Shown piece by piece: positions 1 through 13,559 of a stretch of DNA of 64,000 bases. Position 1 is the stretch's first letter, and each line of letters starts with the position of its first letter. Source of the stretch: Eledone cirrhosa (lineage: Eukaryota); NCBI GenBank assembly GCA_964016885.1, contig OZ024743.1, forward strand, positions 304,730,001 to 304,794,000. Reading direction: 5' to 3'. A program made the translations under genes and the position numbers. Under the pieces are notes generated by a model. That model was not told the origin of the DNA. It saw only the letters and a list, made by a program, of their open reading frames with translations, and searched no databases.

Positions 1-380
1 TGACTAGTCATGTAGCACACTACCTCTACCGCTCTCATCCTGTAGTTATAACCCTTAAAGATCTAACACACACTTCGAAATCAATGGTGCTGCATACGTT
101 ATGCCACACATTGGGTACGACGTCATCCAGTCTATCTTTAGACGGCATATCAATCTAGCTGTCGTCTGTTCTACAGTGTGGATGTAATTCACTTCGCACA
201 GAAGTTTTGTTCAAATTTATTGAGGAAATTTTGTGAGTTCAAACTTAATTTTGATACAATTGTGTAGCTTGACCCTCCGTCTGAACTGTCAGGCGGTGGG
301 TCAGCTCATCTTTACCCCTCCTAGAGGTGAAAACCTGTTTTAAAAACTTTTGTGTAAAAAATTTCAATCGTCTAACAGAA

Positions 381-2277
381 ATGTTAAACGCAGCGAACGA
401 AAATAGTGGTGGGGGGACAGCGGTAAGAGTTGTAAGCTCGCACGCTTTAGTCCCCCCTTCCTTCCCAACTAACGTCATCGAGAAGGAAGGAAAAATAAAA
501 ATAAAAACAGACGAATCTGCGGAGAAAAAAAATGACGAAAACACAAATCTGGACATGGATTCCAACAACGAAAAAAAAAAATTTCAAAAATTGCATGACA
601 ATACTAATAACACAAACAAAGACACAACAAACACAAAAATAACATTTGAAAATAACACCATAACAGAAAGCAAAGCAGACGACAAGATTTCATTTGCACA
701 GAAAACAAAGAAATCTTTGACTTATATAGCGGAAAATATTTCAGATGTGGCACGAAGGATCACAGACGCCAAACAATACATAAGTGAAGGAGAGAATGGT
801 ATTTTATCGGTAAAAATGCCTCAAGAATTCACCAAAGACATTGAAAGCCGAACGGTCAAGTTTCGGACCATCAACAACATTACAAAAAAACCTGAACAGC
901 CTTCTCAAGCAGATATCAAAACTACTCACAGAAGTACTTAATGAAACCACTTTCATAAGAAAAGACAGACTGTATGGAAGCCTAGCAATTATCATGAAGA
1001 ACGAATCGGCGGCAAAAAAATGTGCTTTGTCACCGATTCGTTCGAAAATTTTTACCTTTTATCCATCTTATATGGGGAAAAGAACTCAACGCATATGGCT
1101 GGATGCAATGATGCCAGATGTGGACTACTGCTGGCTCATAGCTGACTTCATCGATCCAGTGAATGACAACGTGATTTCCATTGGGAAAACCACAGGCAAT
1201 GCGTTCAGTGGAACAGGTGTAGAGCTGGTAGTGCAAATGAAGCCTGAACGCATCGCCCAAACACCCGACAGAATCCTATTAGAGGACCACGGGTATATAA
1301 ACATTAGCGTGGAGAGGAGAAGGCCGTCCTGCCATATCTGTGCAGGAAGAGGGCACCTGAAGGCCGCTTGTCCCCAACTCAACAAAAAGAAAATCCTGCT
1401 ACCAACACCAGCTCCACCACCACCACCACAACAGAAAAACAAACAACAAAACTCAGTCCCACCCAAACCGTCCCTCAGTTAAACCACACCACCACCACAA
1501 CACAAACAGTCACAACACATTACCCCAAAACAAAATACAGGCCCACCCAACCTCTCACTCAATAAAACAACACAACCACCGCAGACACAACACACAACAC
1601 AGTCTAACATAGTGACATCCATCTCCCCCACAAAGAAAACCAACACGGAAACATTACCAGCAAACATACCCCTTCCCTCCAACACTGAAGATAACCCAAC
1701 GAATTCGGAGGAAGAAACGGAGTCCTTCAGACAGATTAAAAGGAAAAAAAGAAAACATGTGCAAAACACACAAGGCCAAACAACCCCCACCCAAATCTCA
1801 ACACAATCCAACAAAACAGAAAACACCCCTCCAGCAACAAACAAAACCAAACCTGCCCCTCCCCTCTTCGAAACACTCACACCATCCGAAAAAAAGACAT
1901 TACACTATACTTACATCAACAGAAACAATAATAAATTAAATGAACTCATATACAATAATCCTTCGGTACAAACCGAAGGTGTAAACTTTGTTTCCTCAGA
2001 AAACTACCCACATTTAAAATTAATAAAGATCCCAATGAACATCTACCAAAAACTAAAAAAGGATTTTAAGGAGGACGTAGGACCACCCTCTGTCAAACCC
2101 ATAAACCGCGTCCTACTAAAAAGCTTTCCCCCTCCCCTTCCCCTCCCCAACACAACTCCAAACACCCCAACCCCACCACACACTGACGACCCCACACCAC
2201 CACAAGACACCCCTTCACCCAACACCCCCGACCCCATGGAAGTCGTGCAACCCGAACCCCGGGAAGCAGAAAGGTAG
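381..2277 (+). pseudogene. Tx1 ORF1 (gag-like nucleic-acid-binding protein), frameshifted and interrupted by a stop
   Basis: ORF pieces 327-941, 841-1482 and 1612-2277. Zinc knuckle CHICAGRGHLKAAC, Pro/Thr-rich linker and basic KRKKRK patch. Confidence 0.85.
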
Positions 2278-2310
2278 GTCTCTACACTCTCCTTTGGCTC
2301 TGCCGCCCAC

Positions 2311-5300
2311 ATGGATGTGTTAAGAGTAGGATGTTTGAATGCACGTGGCCTGGGCTCAACTTGGAAGCAAGCAACGCTTCTAAATGACCTCAGGTCATGT
2401 AGTATAAATGTAATGGTTATCTGTGAGACTCGAATCAGCGTCGTGCCGCAGCTGGCCCCCACCTTCGATGACTTTGAGGTGCATGCATCTCTCTGTCAAC
2501 CTGGAGGTGGGGGTGAGGTTGTCGTACTGCTGCAAAAACACCTGGGTCTTGCCGTACAGGTTGTGCACTCGGACCCGGAGGATCGTTTGTTGGTGCTAGA
2601 CGTTGGCAGTAGTGAAAGTGCGGCCCTGAGTCTGGTCGCCGTCTACTCCCCTTTCGGAGCTAAACGGCCCGACTTCTTCCAGCGTTTGGAGACGTTCCCT
2701 GCTTCTAGCGGGGGATTGGAATGACATCCTAGATGCACGTTGGGACTATGCAGGAGCATGTCCTAATAGAGGGGGGTGTAACAGCCTCAAGGGGTTACTC
2801 GACCGTTTTAACTTGGTCGATAGATATCGACTAGATTTTCCAACTGTGCCTACCTGGACTTGGAGAAACCACAGTGGTCAATCTAGATCGTACTTAGATA
2901 GATTCTTAGTTAGAAGTAAGGATAGGCACATATTAAGCTGTCCAGAAATGCGCACGGTTGGCTACACGGACCACAAATTAGTGACCTGCGTAGTCAATCT
3001 CGAGAAAACACATAAACAGGGTCCCGGTTACTGGAAACTTAATTTGTCTTTACCGGCAAAAGAGACTTACAGAAACCGGATTAGCAGATTAGTTAAGGAG
3101 AGGTTGACGGGTGCAATCGTCAACAACCGATGGTGGGCATCTCTCAAAAGAGAGATTAGAACAGAATCAATAAGTTATAGCAAGATGTTATCCGCCGATA
3201 GGAATAGAAACGAGAAAGAATTAACAGGTAAATTAGAAGAGGCAATCAAGAGCGAAGATATGGCCAGAGTGCTGGCATCGAGGACGGCCTTGAACCAGTT
3301 TTTCGATGCAAAGCACGAAGGCTGCGTCATTCGAAGTAAAATATTTGCTCTAGGTAATAAGGGGGCCAAAGCCGTTGGCTGGGCCCACGTGACAGAAGCT
3401 AAGAGTGGAAATCGATCCACCATCTGGTCGTTGCAAGACGAAGATGGACGGGTGATCCGGGAGCCTAAGCAGATGTGCGAGGCCTTTCAAAGGCACTTTG
3501 CCCGATTATTCGGGGGAGGCGAGGGTCCGGGCGGGGGCGTGGATTTCGGACCATACCTCGACGGCCTGCCGCGTCTCTCGAGCGAAGAGGCAGAGTCCTG
3601 CGAGGGACCAATCTCGGCTGATGAGATCGGAGTTGCGCTGAGCCAATGCAGCAGACGCAAATCTCCAGGTCTCGATGGTATACCTTACGAACTTTATTTA
3701 GCAATGCCGGTCTTCTTCTCCGAACTCCTCGAAGCGGTCTACTGCAATTGGCAGCAGAACGGGAGAATTCCTTGTTCTGTAGCCAAGGGCGTAGTCACGC
3801 TGGTGAGGAAGGACGAGAACAAGGGGGATAGTATAAATAATTTTCGGCCCATAACCCTGCTAAACACAGAGTTAAAGATTTTGGCGAAGGTGTTAGCAAA
3901 GAAGTTGGCGCTTGTCGTGGGTGGCCTGGTGGGAGATGCGCAGACATGTGCTATCCCATCCAGGTCCATTCACGATAACCTCCACCTCATGCGATACATC
4001 ATAGAGAGGGTTGGCAACAAACCCGGCTTCGGTGGGGCCCTGATCAACTTGGATCAGTCTAAGGCCTTCGATAGGGTCGACCATGGTTACCTGGATGCGG
4101 TGCTAGCGGCGGCTGGGTTCGGTCCTGTTTTCAGAGGCTGGATAACTGTCTTACATAGCAACGACATCTGTTCTAGGATCAAGGTGAACGGCTACCTTTC
4201 GAAGCCGTTCGAAATCACACGATCCATTCGACAGGGGTGCCCTCTCTCCTCCCTTCTGTACATATTGACTCTCGAGCCTTTACTGAGGAAGTTGGAGTTG
4301 TTGCAGGGTATCCCCCTGGAACCAGGATTGAGCAAAGCGGTGTCGGCCTACGCTGATGACGTAACAGTAATGGTATCGACCGACTCGGAGATCGAGACGA
4401 TCGGTACCTTATTGCAGGATTACGAAAGGTTGTCAGGAGCGAAACCGAACCGGGAAAAATCCATCGGGCTGCAACTCGGAACGTGGAGAGGTAGACCGAT
4501 GCCTCCTGACGGTGTCGTCGGACACTGGACGGAGGGCCCGGTAAAGTTGCTTGCGGTCTGGTTTGGAACGGACCTCCAGGTAGAAAAGAACTGGAACGAG
4601 GTTACGAACAAGGTGTTTGCACTAACCCAGAAATGGGCCAAGTGTAAGCTGTCCCTAAAAGGCCGAGCGGAGGTGGCGAACATTTACATAGCGTCCGTCA
4701 CTTACTACCGCCTGACTGTCGTGCCTTGCCCTAAGGAAACACTCACCACCATGGAACGCATGCTCTTCCAATTTCTTTGGAAGAAGCGCCCTCCTATGGT
4801 GAGAAGATCCATCTGCTGCCAACAACCTTCGAAAGGAGGGCTGGGGAGGCCGTGGTTGATGATGCGTATGCACGCATTAAGGCTACGGCACCTACAGGTA
4901 TTCCTCACTGGTCAACCGGCGTGGGCTCCGTTCGTGAAACGAGCCTTTCCGAGACTCGTCTCGCTCACCGAGCTACAGTCCTGGGTCAAGCAAAGATCCG
5001 GAAAACTGGGAGACTGGCACACTGAGTGTGCTCAGGCGCTCAGGGCTCTCTGGCAAGCGGGCCAGGCCATCGGTGGAGAATCCACCTCATCATTCTATAG
5101 AGGGCTGGTGGCTAGCAGGGGCGATGACACCCTTGGAGTGTCGCTGGACATGGAAGAAGACGAACTGGCCAGCCTGTTCGGTAGGACTTTCGGCCCAGGA
5201 CCAATGGACAACTTCCAGAAGTCACTGGCCTGGCAGTGCTACCGGGGGGCTCTACCCGTTCGAGAGAGGCTCTACAGACACGGGCGCCCGGGCAGGGATC

Positions 5301-5743
5301 CCTCAAAAAAGATTTGCCCTAGATGCGTGCGTCACGAAGAAACAATTGCGCACGCATTGGTGCAATGTCCGGGCGTGGCTGATCTGTGGGGCTACGCCGA
5401 ACGACTGCTGTCGCGGGTGGCGCCGATTAAATTGAACGCCGAGTCCGTGATGACAATCAAACCGCCTCCCCTCTTCACAAAGGAAGCAAAGGCGGTTTTT
5501 CTGTGCGTAATAGCCATGTTGAAAGAGGTTGTTTGGTGGACACGATTGAAAGGCCTGAGGTCAGGCAACTTCCTCTCTGGCCATAGTCTGGTCTACTTCT
5601 TCCGATATCACTTCGGAAGAAGGATAAGAATGGAGAGAGAGGTGCTTGGCCACAGGCAGTTTTATGAAAGGTGGGTGATAGTGGCGAGAATGGCTCGTGT
5701 AAATGGGCCTTCTCTGTATACCATCCTGTATGTAAAGAAGTAA
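2311..5743 (+). pseudogene. Tx1 ORF2: APE endonuclease + reverse transcriptase + zf-RVT; small deletion/frameshift near 2690, remaining 976 aa open
   Basis: Motifs GCLNARGL, ICETR, SYLDRFL, YTDHK, KSPGLDG, FRPITLLN, LDQSKAFDRVDH, RQGCPLS, AYADD and CPRC..ETIAHALVQC. Confidence 0.92.
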
Positions 5744-5946
5744 AGGAGAGGGGAGCACCTTCTCCATGTGCTCCCCGGGCAAAGGATTGCACACTTTTTC
5801 GGGGGTGTGTGCAACCCCCATCACGTCCCCTCCCTTTTGAGGTTATTTTCGATTATTTTCATGTTACACCCTTTTTACTCGATTTTATGTAAACTCCCCC
5901 TTTGTATTTGTCCCTTCTTTTTATGCCTTTATGGTAAATAAAGAAA

Positions 5947-8900
5947 TCTATCTTTAGACGGCATATTAATCAAGCTGTCGTCTGTTCTACAGCGTAGATG
6001 TAATTCACTTCGCGCAGAAGTTTTGTTCCAATTTATTGCGGAAATTTTGTAAGTTCAATTTTAATTTTGATACTATTGTGTAGCTTGACCGCCCCCCCCC
6101 CCGTCTGAACTGTCAGGCGGTGGGTCAGCTCATCTTCGCCTCTCCCAGGTGTGAAAAACCTGTTTTTAAAAATTTTGGGGCATAAAATTTAAATCGTCTG
6201 ACAGAAATGTTAAACGAAGCTAACGAAAATAGTGGTAGAGAAGGAAAGAAAAAAGAAAAGAAAAACAGACGAATGTGCGGAGAAAAATGACGAAAACACA
6301 AATCTGGACATTGATTCCAGCAACAACAAAAATTTGGAAAAATTGCATGACAATATTAATACCACAAACAAAGACACAACAAACACAAAAATAACATTTG
6401 AAAACAACATCATAACAGAAAGCAAAGCAGACGACAAAGTCAACACCAATAATATTTCATTTGCACAAACAACAAAGAAATCTCTAACATATATACCTGA
6501 AAATATTTCAGATGTGGCACAAAGAATTAAAAACGCCAAACAATACATAACTCAAGGGGAAAATGGTACCCTATCGGTAAAAATGCCTCAAGAACTCACC
6601 AAAGATATTGAAAGTCGGACGGTCGTTTTCCGCACCATCAACAACATCTCTAAAAAACCTCAACAACCAAGACAAACAGAAATTAAAGCAGTACTTACAG
6701 AAGTACTTAATGAAACCACTTTCATAAGAAGAGACAGACTGTATGGAAGCCTAGCGATTATTATTAAGAACGAATCAGCGGCAAAAAAATATGCTTTGTC
6801 GCCGATTCGTTCGACAACTTTATCCCTTTTATTCATATTATATGGGTAAAAGAACTCAGCGCATATGGCTAGATGCGATGATGCCAGATGTGGACTACTG
6901 CTGGCTCATAGCTGGCTTCATCGATCCAGCGAATGACAACGTGATTTCCATTGGGAAAATCACAGGCAATGCGTTCAGTGGAACAGGTATAGAATTTGTA
7001 GTGCAAATGAAGCCTGAACGCATTGCCCAAATACCCGACAGAATCCTATTAGAGGGCCACGGGTATATAAACATTAGCGTGGAGGGGAGAAGGCCGTCCT
7101 GTCATATCTGTGCAGGCAGAGGGCACCTGAAAGCGGCTTGTCCCCATCTCAACAAGAAGAAAACCCTGCTACCAACACCAGCTCCACCACCACCACAACA
7201 GGTAAACAAACAACAAAACTCAGTCCCACCCAACCCGTCCCTCAGTAAAACTACACCACCACAACAACACAAACAGACACAACACATTACCCAAAAACAA
7301 AACACAGTCCCACCCAACCCCTCACTCAATAAAACAACACAACCACCGCAGCCACAACACACAACACAATCTAACATAGTGACATCCATCTCCCCCACAA
7401 AGAAAACCAACACGGAAACATTACCAGCAAACATACCTCTTCCCTCCAACACTGAAGATAATCCAACGAATTCGGAGGAAGAAACGGAGTCCTTCAGACA
7501 GATTAAAAGGAAAAAAAGAAAACATGTGCAAAACACACAAGGCCAAACAACCCCTACCCAAATGTAAACACAATCCAACAAAACACAAAACACCCCTCCA
7601 GCAACAAACAAAACCAAACCTGCCCCTCCCCTCTTCGAAACACTCACACCATCCGAAAAAAAGACATTACACTATAATTACATCAACAGAAACAATAATA
7701 AATTAAAGGAACTCATAAACAATAACCCTTTGGTACAAACCGAAGGTGTAAACTTTGTTTCTTCAGAAAACTACCCACATTTAAAATTAATAAAGATCCC
7801 AATGAACCTCTACCAAAAACTAAAGAAGGATTTTAAGGAGGACGTAGGACCACCCTCTGTCAAACCCATAAACCACGTCCTACTAAAAAGCTCCTCCCCC
7901 CCTTCCCCTCCCCAACACAACTCCAAACACTCCAACCCCACCACACACTGACGACCCCACACTCACAAGACAGCCCTTCACCCAATACCCCCGACCCCAT
8001 GGAAGTCGTGCGACCCGAACCCCGGGAAGCAGAAAGGTAGGTCTCTACACTCTCCTTTGGCTTTGCCGCCTACATGGATGTGTTAGAGTAGGATGTTTGA
8101 ATGCATGTGGCCTGGGCTCAACTTGGAAGCAAGCAAAGCTTCTAAATGACCTCAGGTCACGTGGTATAAATGTAATGGTTATCTGTGAGACTCGGATCAG
8201 CGTCGTGCCGCAGCTGGCCCCTACCTTCGATGACTTTGAGGTGCATGCATCTCTCTGTCAAGCTGGAGGTTGGGGTGGGGTTGTCGTACTGCTGGAAAAA
8301 CACCTAGGTCTCGCCGTACAGGTTGTTCACTCGGACCCGGAGGGTCGTTTGTTGGAGCTAGACGTTGGCAGTAGTGAAGGTGCGGCCTTGAGACTGGTCG
8401 CCGTCTACTCCCCTTTCGGAGCTGAACGGCCCGACTTCTTCCAGCGTTTGGATACTTTTCTGGGAACGTCGCGTTCCCTGCTTCTAGCGGGGGATTGGAA
8501 TGACATCCTAGATGCACGTTGGGACTATGCAGGAGCATGTCCTAATAGAGGGGGGTGTAACAGCCTCAAGGGGTTACTCGACCGTTTTAACTTGGTCGAT
8601 AGATATCGACTAGATTTTCCAACTGTGCCTACCTGGACTTGGACGAACCACAGTGGTCAATCTAGATCGTACTTAGAAAGATTCTTAGTTAGAAGTAAGG
8701 ATAGGGGCATATTAAGCTGTCCAGAAATGTTCACGGTTGGCTATACGGATCACAAATTAGTGACCTGCGTAGTCAATCTCGAGAAAACACATAAACAGGG
8801 ACCCGGTTACTGGAAACTTAATTTGTCTTTACCGGCAAAAGAGACTTACAGAAACCAGATTAGCAGATTAGTTAAGGAGAGGTTGACGGGTGCAATCGTC

Positions 8901-11730
8901 AACAACCGATGGTGGGCATCTCTCAAAAGAGAGATTAGAACAGAATCAATAAGTTATAGCAAGATGTTAGCTGCCGATAGGAATAGAAACGAGAAAGAAT
9001 TAACAGGTAAATTAGAAGAGGCAATCAAGAGCGAAGATGTGGCCAGAGTGCTGGCAACGAGGACGGACTTGAACCAGTTTTTCGATGCAAAGCACGAAGG
9101 CTGCGTCATTCGAAGTAAAATACGTGCTCTAGGTAATGAGGGGGCCAAAGCCGTTGGCTGGGCCCGCGTGACAGAAGCTAAGAGTGGAAATCGATCCACC
9201 ATCCGGTCGTTGCAAGACGAGGATGGACGGGTGATCCGGGAGCCTAAGCAGATGTGCGAGGCCTTTCAAAGGCACTTTGCCCGATTATTCGGGGGAGGCG
9301 AGTGTCCGGGCGGGGATGTGGATTTCGGTCCATACCTCGACGGCATGCCGCGTCTCTCGAGCGAAGAGGCAGAGTCCTGCGAGGGACCAATCTCGGCTGA
9401 TGAGATCGGGGATGCGCTGAGCCAATGCAGCAGACGCAAATCTCCAGGTCTCGATGGTATACCTTACGAACTTTATTTAGCAATGCCGGTCTTCTTCTAC
9501 GAACTCCTTGAAGCGGTCTACTGCAATTGGCAGCAGAACAGGAGAATTCCTTGTTCTGTAGCCAAGGGCGTAGTCTCACTGGTGAGGAAGGACGAGAACA
9601 AGGGGGATAGTATAAATAATTTTCGGCCCATAACCCTGCTAAACACAGAGTTAAAGATTTTGGCCAAGTTGTTAGCAAAGAGGTTGGCGCTTGTCGTGGG
9701 CAGCCTGGTGGGAGATGCGCAGACATGTGCTATCCCATCCAGGTCCATTCACGATAACCTCCACCTCATGCGATACATCATAAATAGGGTTGGCAACAAA
9801 CCCGGCTTCGGTGGGGCCCTGATCAACTTGGATCAGTCTTAGGCCTTCGATAGGGTCGACCATGGTTACCTGGATGCGGTGCTAGCGCCGTCTGGGTTCG
9901 GTCCTGTTTTCAGAGGCTGGATCACTGCCTTACATAGCAACCACATCTGTTCTAGAATAAAGGTGAACGGCTACCTTTCGAAGCCGTTCGAAATCACACG
10001 ATCCATTCGACAATGGTGCCCTCTCTCCTCCCTTCTGTACGTATTGACTTTCGAGCCTTTACTGAGGAAGTTGGAGTTGTTGCAGGGTATCCCCGTGGAA
10101 CCAGGATTGAGCAAAGCGATGTCGGCCTACGCCGATGACGTAACAGTAATGGTATCGACCGACTCGGAAATCGAGGCGATCGGTACCTTATTGCAGGATT
10201 ACGAAAGGTTGTCAGGAGCGAAACTGAACCGGGAAAAATCCATCGGGCTGCAACTCGGAACGTGGAGAGGCAGACCGATGCCTCCTGACGGTGCGTCGGA
10301 CACTGGACGGAGGGCCCGGTAAAGTTGCTTGGGCTCTGGTTTGGAACGGACCTCCAGGTGGAAAAAAACTGGGACGAGGTTACGAACAAGGTGTTTGCAC
10401 TAACCCAGAAATGGGCCAAGTGTAAGCTGTCCCTAAAAGGCCGGGCGGAGGTGGCGAACATTTACATAGCGTCCGTCACTTACTACCGCCTGACTGTCGT
10501 GCCTTGCCCTAAGGAAACACTCACCACCATGGAACGCATGCTCTTCCAATTTCTTTGGAAGAAGCGCCCTCCTATGGTGAGAAGATCCATCTGCTGCCAA
10601 CAACCTTCGAAAGGAGGGCTGGGGAGGCCGTGGTTGATGATGCGTAAGCACGCATTAAGGCTACGGCACCTACAGGTATTCCTCACTGGTCAACCGGTGT
10701 GGGCTCCGTTCGTGAAACGAGCCTTTCCGAGACTCGTCTCGCTCACCGAGCTGCAGTCCTGGGTCAAGCAAAGATCCGGAAAACTGGGAGACTGGCACAG
10801 TGAGTGTGCCCAGGCGCTCAGGGCTCTCTGGCAAGCGGGCCAGGCCATCGGTGGAGAATCCACCACATCATTCTATAGAGGGCTGGTGGCTAGCAGGGGC
10901 GATGACACCCTTGGAGAGTCGCTGGACATGGAAGAGGACGAACTGGCCAGCCTGTTCGGTAGGATTTCGGCCCGGGACCAATGGACAACTTCCAGAAGTC
11001 ACTATCCTGGCAGTCCTACCGGGGGGCTCTATCCGTTCGAGAGAGGCTCTACAGACACGGGCGCCCGGGCAGGGATCCTTCGAAAAAGATTTGCCCTAGA
11101 TGCGTGCGTCACGAAGAAACCGTTGCGCACGCATTGGTGCAATGTCCGGGTGTGGCTAATTTGTGGGGCTACGCCGAACGACTGCTGTCGCGGGTGGCGC
11201 CGATTCGATTGACCGCCGAGTCCGTGATGACAATCAAACCGCCTCCCCTCTTCACAAAGGAAGCAAAGGCGGTTTTTCTGTGCGTAATAGCCATGTTGAA
11301 AGAGGTTGTTTGGTGGACACGATTGAAAGGTCTGAGGTCAGGCAACTTCCTCTCTGGCCATAGTCTGGTCTACTTCTTCCGATATCACTTCGGAAGAAGG
11401 ATAAGAATGGAGAGAGAGGTACTTGGCCACAGGCAGTTTTATGAAAGGTGGGTGATAGTGGCGAGAATGGCTCGTGTAAATGGGCCTTCTCTGTATACCA
11501 TCCTGTAGGTAAAGAAGTGAAGGAGAGAGGAGCACCTTCTCCATGTGCTCCCCGAGCAAAGGATTGCACACTTTTTTTTTGGGGGGGGGGGGGTGCAACC
11601 CCCATCACGTCCCCTCCCTTTTGAGGTTATTTTCGATTATTTTCATTTTATACCCTTTTTACTCGATTTTATGTAAACTCCCCCTTTGTATTTGTCCCTT
11701 CTTTTTATGCTTTATGGTAAATAAAGAAAT
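5947..11730 (+). mobile_element. Tx1 family A copy 2, directly head-to-tail with copy 1
   Basis: Highly similar to copy 1 along its length. ORF1 pieces span 6232-8040. ORF2 pieces are 8097-9842, 9879-10322, 10325-11212 and 10981-11508. Confidence 0.93.
8097..11508 (+). pseudogene. Tx1 ORF2 of copy 2 (APE open; RT broken by stop at 9840-9842 and later frameshifts)
   Basis: AGDWN, YTDHK, NFRPITLLN, AYADD and the C-terminal CPRC motif are spread over four ORFs. Confidence 0.9.
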
Positions 11731-11808
11731 ATATCTATCTATCTATTTATCTATCTATCTATCCATCTATTTAACCATCTATCTATCTATCTATCTACCT
11801 ATCTATTC
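11731..11808 (+). repeat. (TATC)n microsatellite, the 3' tail or target site of Tx1 family A
   Basis: Begins immediately after AATAAAGAAA at the end of copy 2. Confidence 0.85.
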
Positions 11809-13559
11809 ATTTATGTTTCAATTTTTTTTTCTCTCTCTTTTACTCTCTATACATATACATATTTGAAAAAATGTATAGATAATTTGAAATGGGTGTGTGT
11901 ATGGGTCTATCTATATATATATATATATGTATAAAGATATGTATTCATTGCATTTATTTCTACACCAGCATACAAACATATAATTCTTGTATAAGGAAGC
12001 AACATTTTATGTGCATGTATGACATGAAGTTTAGGCAAGTGTGTGTATGAGCCGGCGTTAGAATTTAAAGTATAGAAATTCAGAAAAAAGCTACTTTGTA
12101 TTTCAATGGCAATGCAGAAATATAACTTAAGCCTCAATGGCTTCAATTCTGATGTAATAGGTAGAAAAATAGTTGAAAGGCTGAATGTCTATAATACCTA
12201 CTGTGTCGTAGACGCTGTTATATTTATCCATTCGTTCATGATGCTTCTCTTTGCGGATATGCACTTATAGCAACAGAAACATATTTATATGTTTTATATT
12301 CGTGCGTATGAAATAAACTAAATTACAAAAGGAAAACACAATAAAATAATGTATAGAAAAACAGGAATAAAAATGAAAATGAAAAAAAAAAAAAAAATGA
12401 ACATCAGAATGAATACACAACTATGGCAAAGACAGACAAACATGATCTAATTAACGAATGCTTATGTGATAAATGCGAAGATAAAACTCCTATTCTTACT
12501 GAAAGAAATTGTGACGCCATTGAACGTTTCTGCCAATGTTTTAAATGCATTTTAGCACAAATGGCTTTGTATACGATACTATTAAATCTACTTTGAACAA
12601 CATGGCGCCTTCTTTTCTTATAGAACCTTCTGTGGGGTAAATGGCAATTTAGTTGTTGACGTTCGAAGGTGTATTGTATGTATAATAGCCAGTCATACAA
12701 TGGTATAATAATTCAGCATGGTGTGTTGTAAATAATTCTTGGGTGCGAAAGATTGAAATAAATGTTGAGCCAATTTCATTCCTTCCATCCTATCTATCTT
12801 TTATTGGGTGAGCATTTTCAATTCACGTCCTTAATCATTAATTTCCAGCAAAGAGAATAAATAATTTACATATACGGGTAACGTCAGGTTATCAAGTAGG
12901 ATATATTTTTTTCTGGTCATGGTCATGGTGCCAATAGACCTGTGATATTTTACGAGTAAAATAAATGTATGTATGTGTTTGAATGAGCATGCGCATATGT
13001 TACGTAAATTTATGGGAATAGAAAACAAAAAGAGAAAATGAACAGCAGGTATCATAAAATATATTAATAAATATGTCCTTCTCAAACGCTTTACCATCCG
13101 TTAAATTTTATCTTAAAATCTAATGTATGACGTAATACTGTTTCTCAGATTAGCACACTATTTTGTATTCCCCCACATAATGTCACTGTACACACATTGC
13201 TCTGTGTTCAATTTAATGGTTTATTTAAGGTAGTTGTATACTTGCTTTCATAATTTTTTAGGATTTGTACCCATAGACACGCATGCATATATATATAAAG
13301 GGTGTTCTTTCTTGTGCTATAATGGTTTCTTTATTGGCCACAAGGGTTTCTTGTGATATAATACTTGCTCGAACCCCAAAGCATAACATATATACCGCGG
13401 AACTATTATGAATAAAGCAATTCTAAAATGGTCTTAATTTATTAGTTTTCAAGTAATATAGATTTGTTTCAAATTCATAGCCTACAATATTGACTACAAT
13501 GGACTCTGTTGTTCTTAATAATATGATACGAACCAAATTGAATAGGTTTAGGTGCAGTT

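Larger units (their letters stand above)
131..5946 (+). mobile_element. Tx1/L1-clade non-LTR retrotransposon, family A copy 1 (near full length, disrupted)
   Basis: ORF1 with CCHC knuckle, then ORF2 with APE, RT and Zn-finger. The 5' end TCTATCTTTAGACGGCATAT recurs at 5947. The 3' end is ...GGTAAATAAAGAAA. Confidence 0.93.

Noticed and set aside
3175-5892. Many short antisense or alternate-frame ORFs inside Tx1 ORF2
   Set aside because: They are shadow ORFs of GC-rich coding sequence with no independent motifs.
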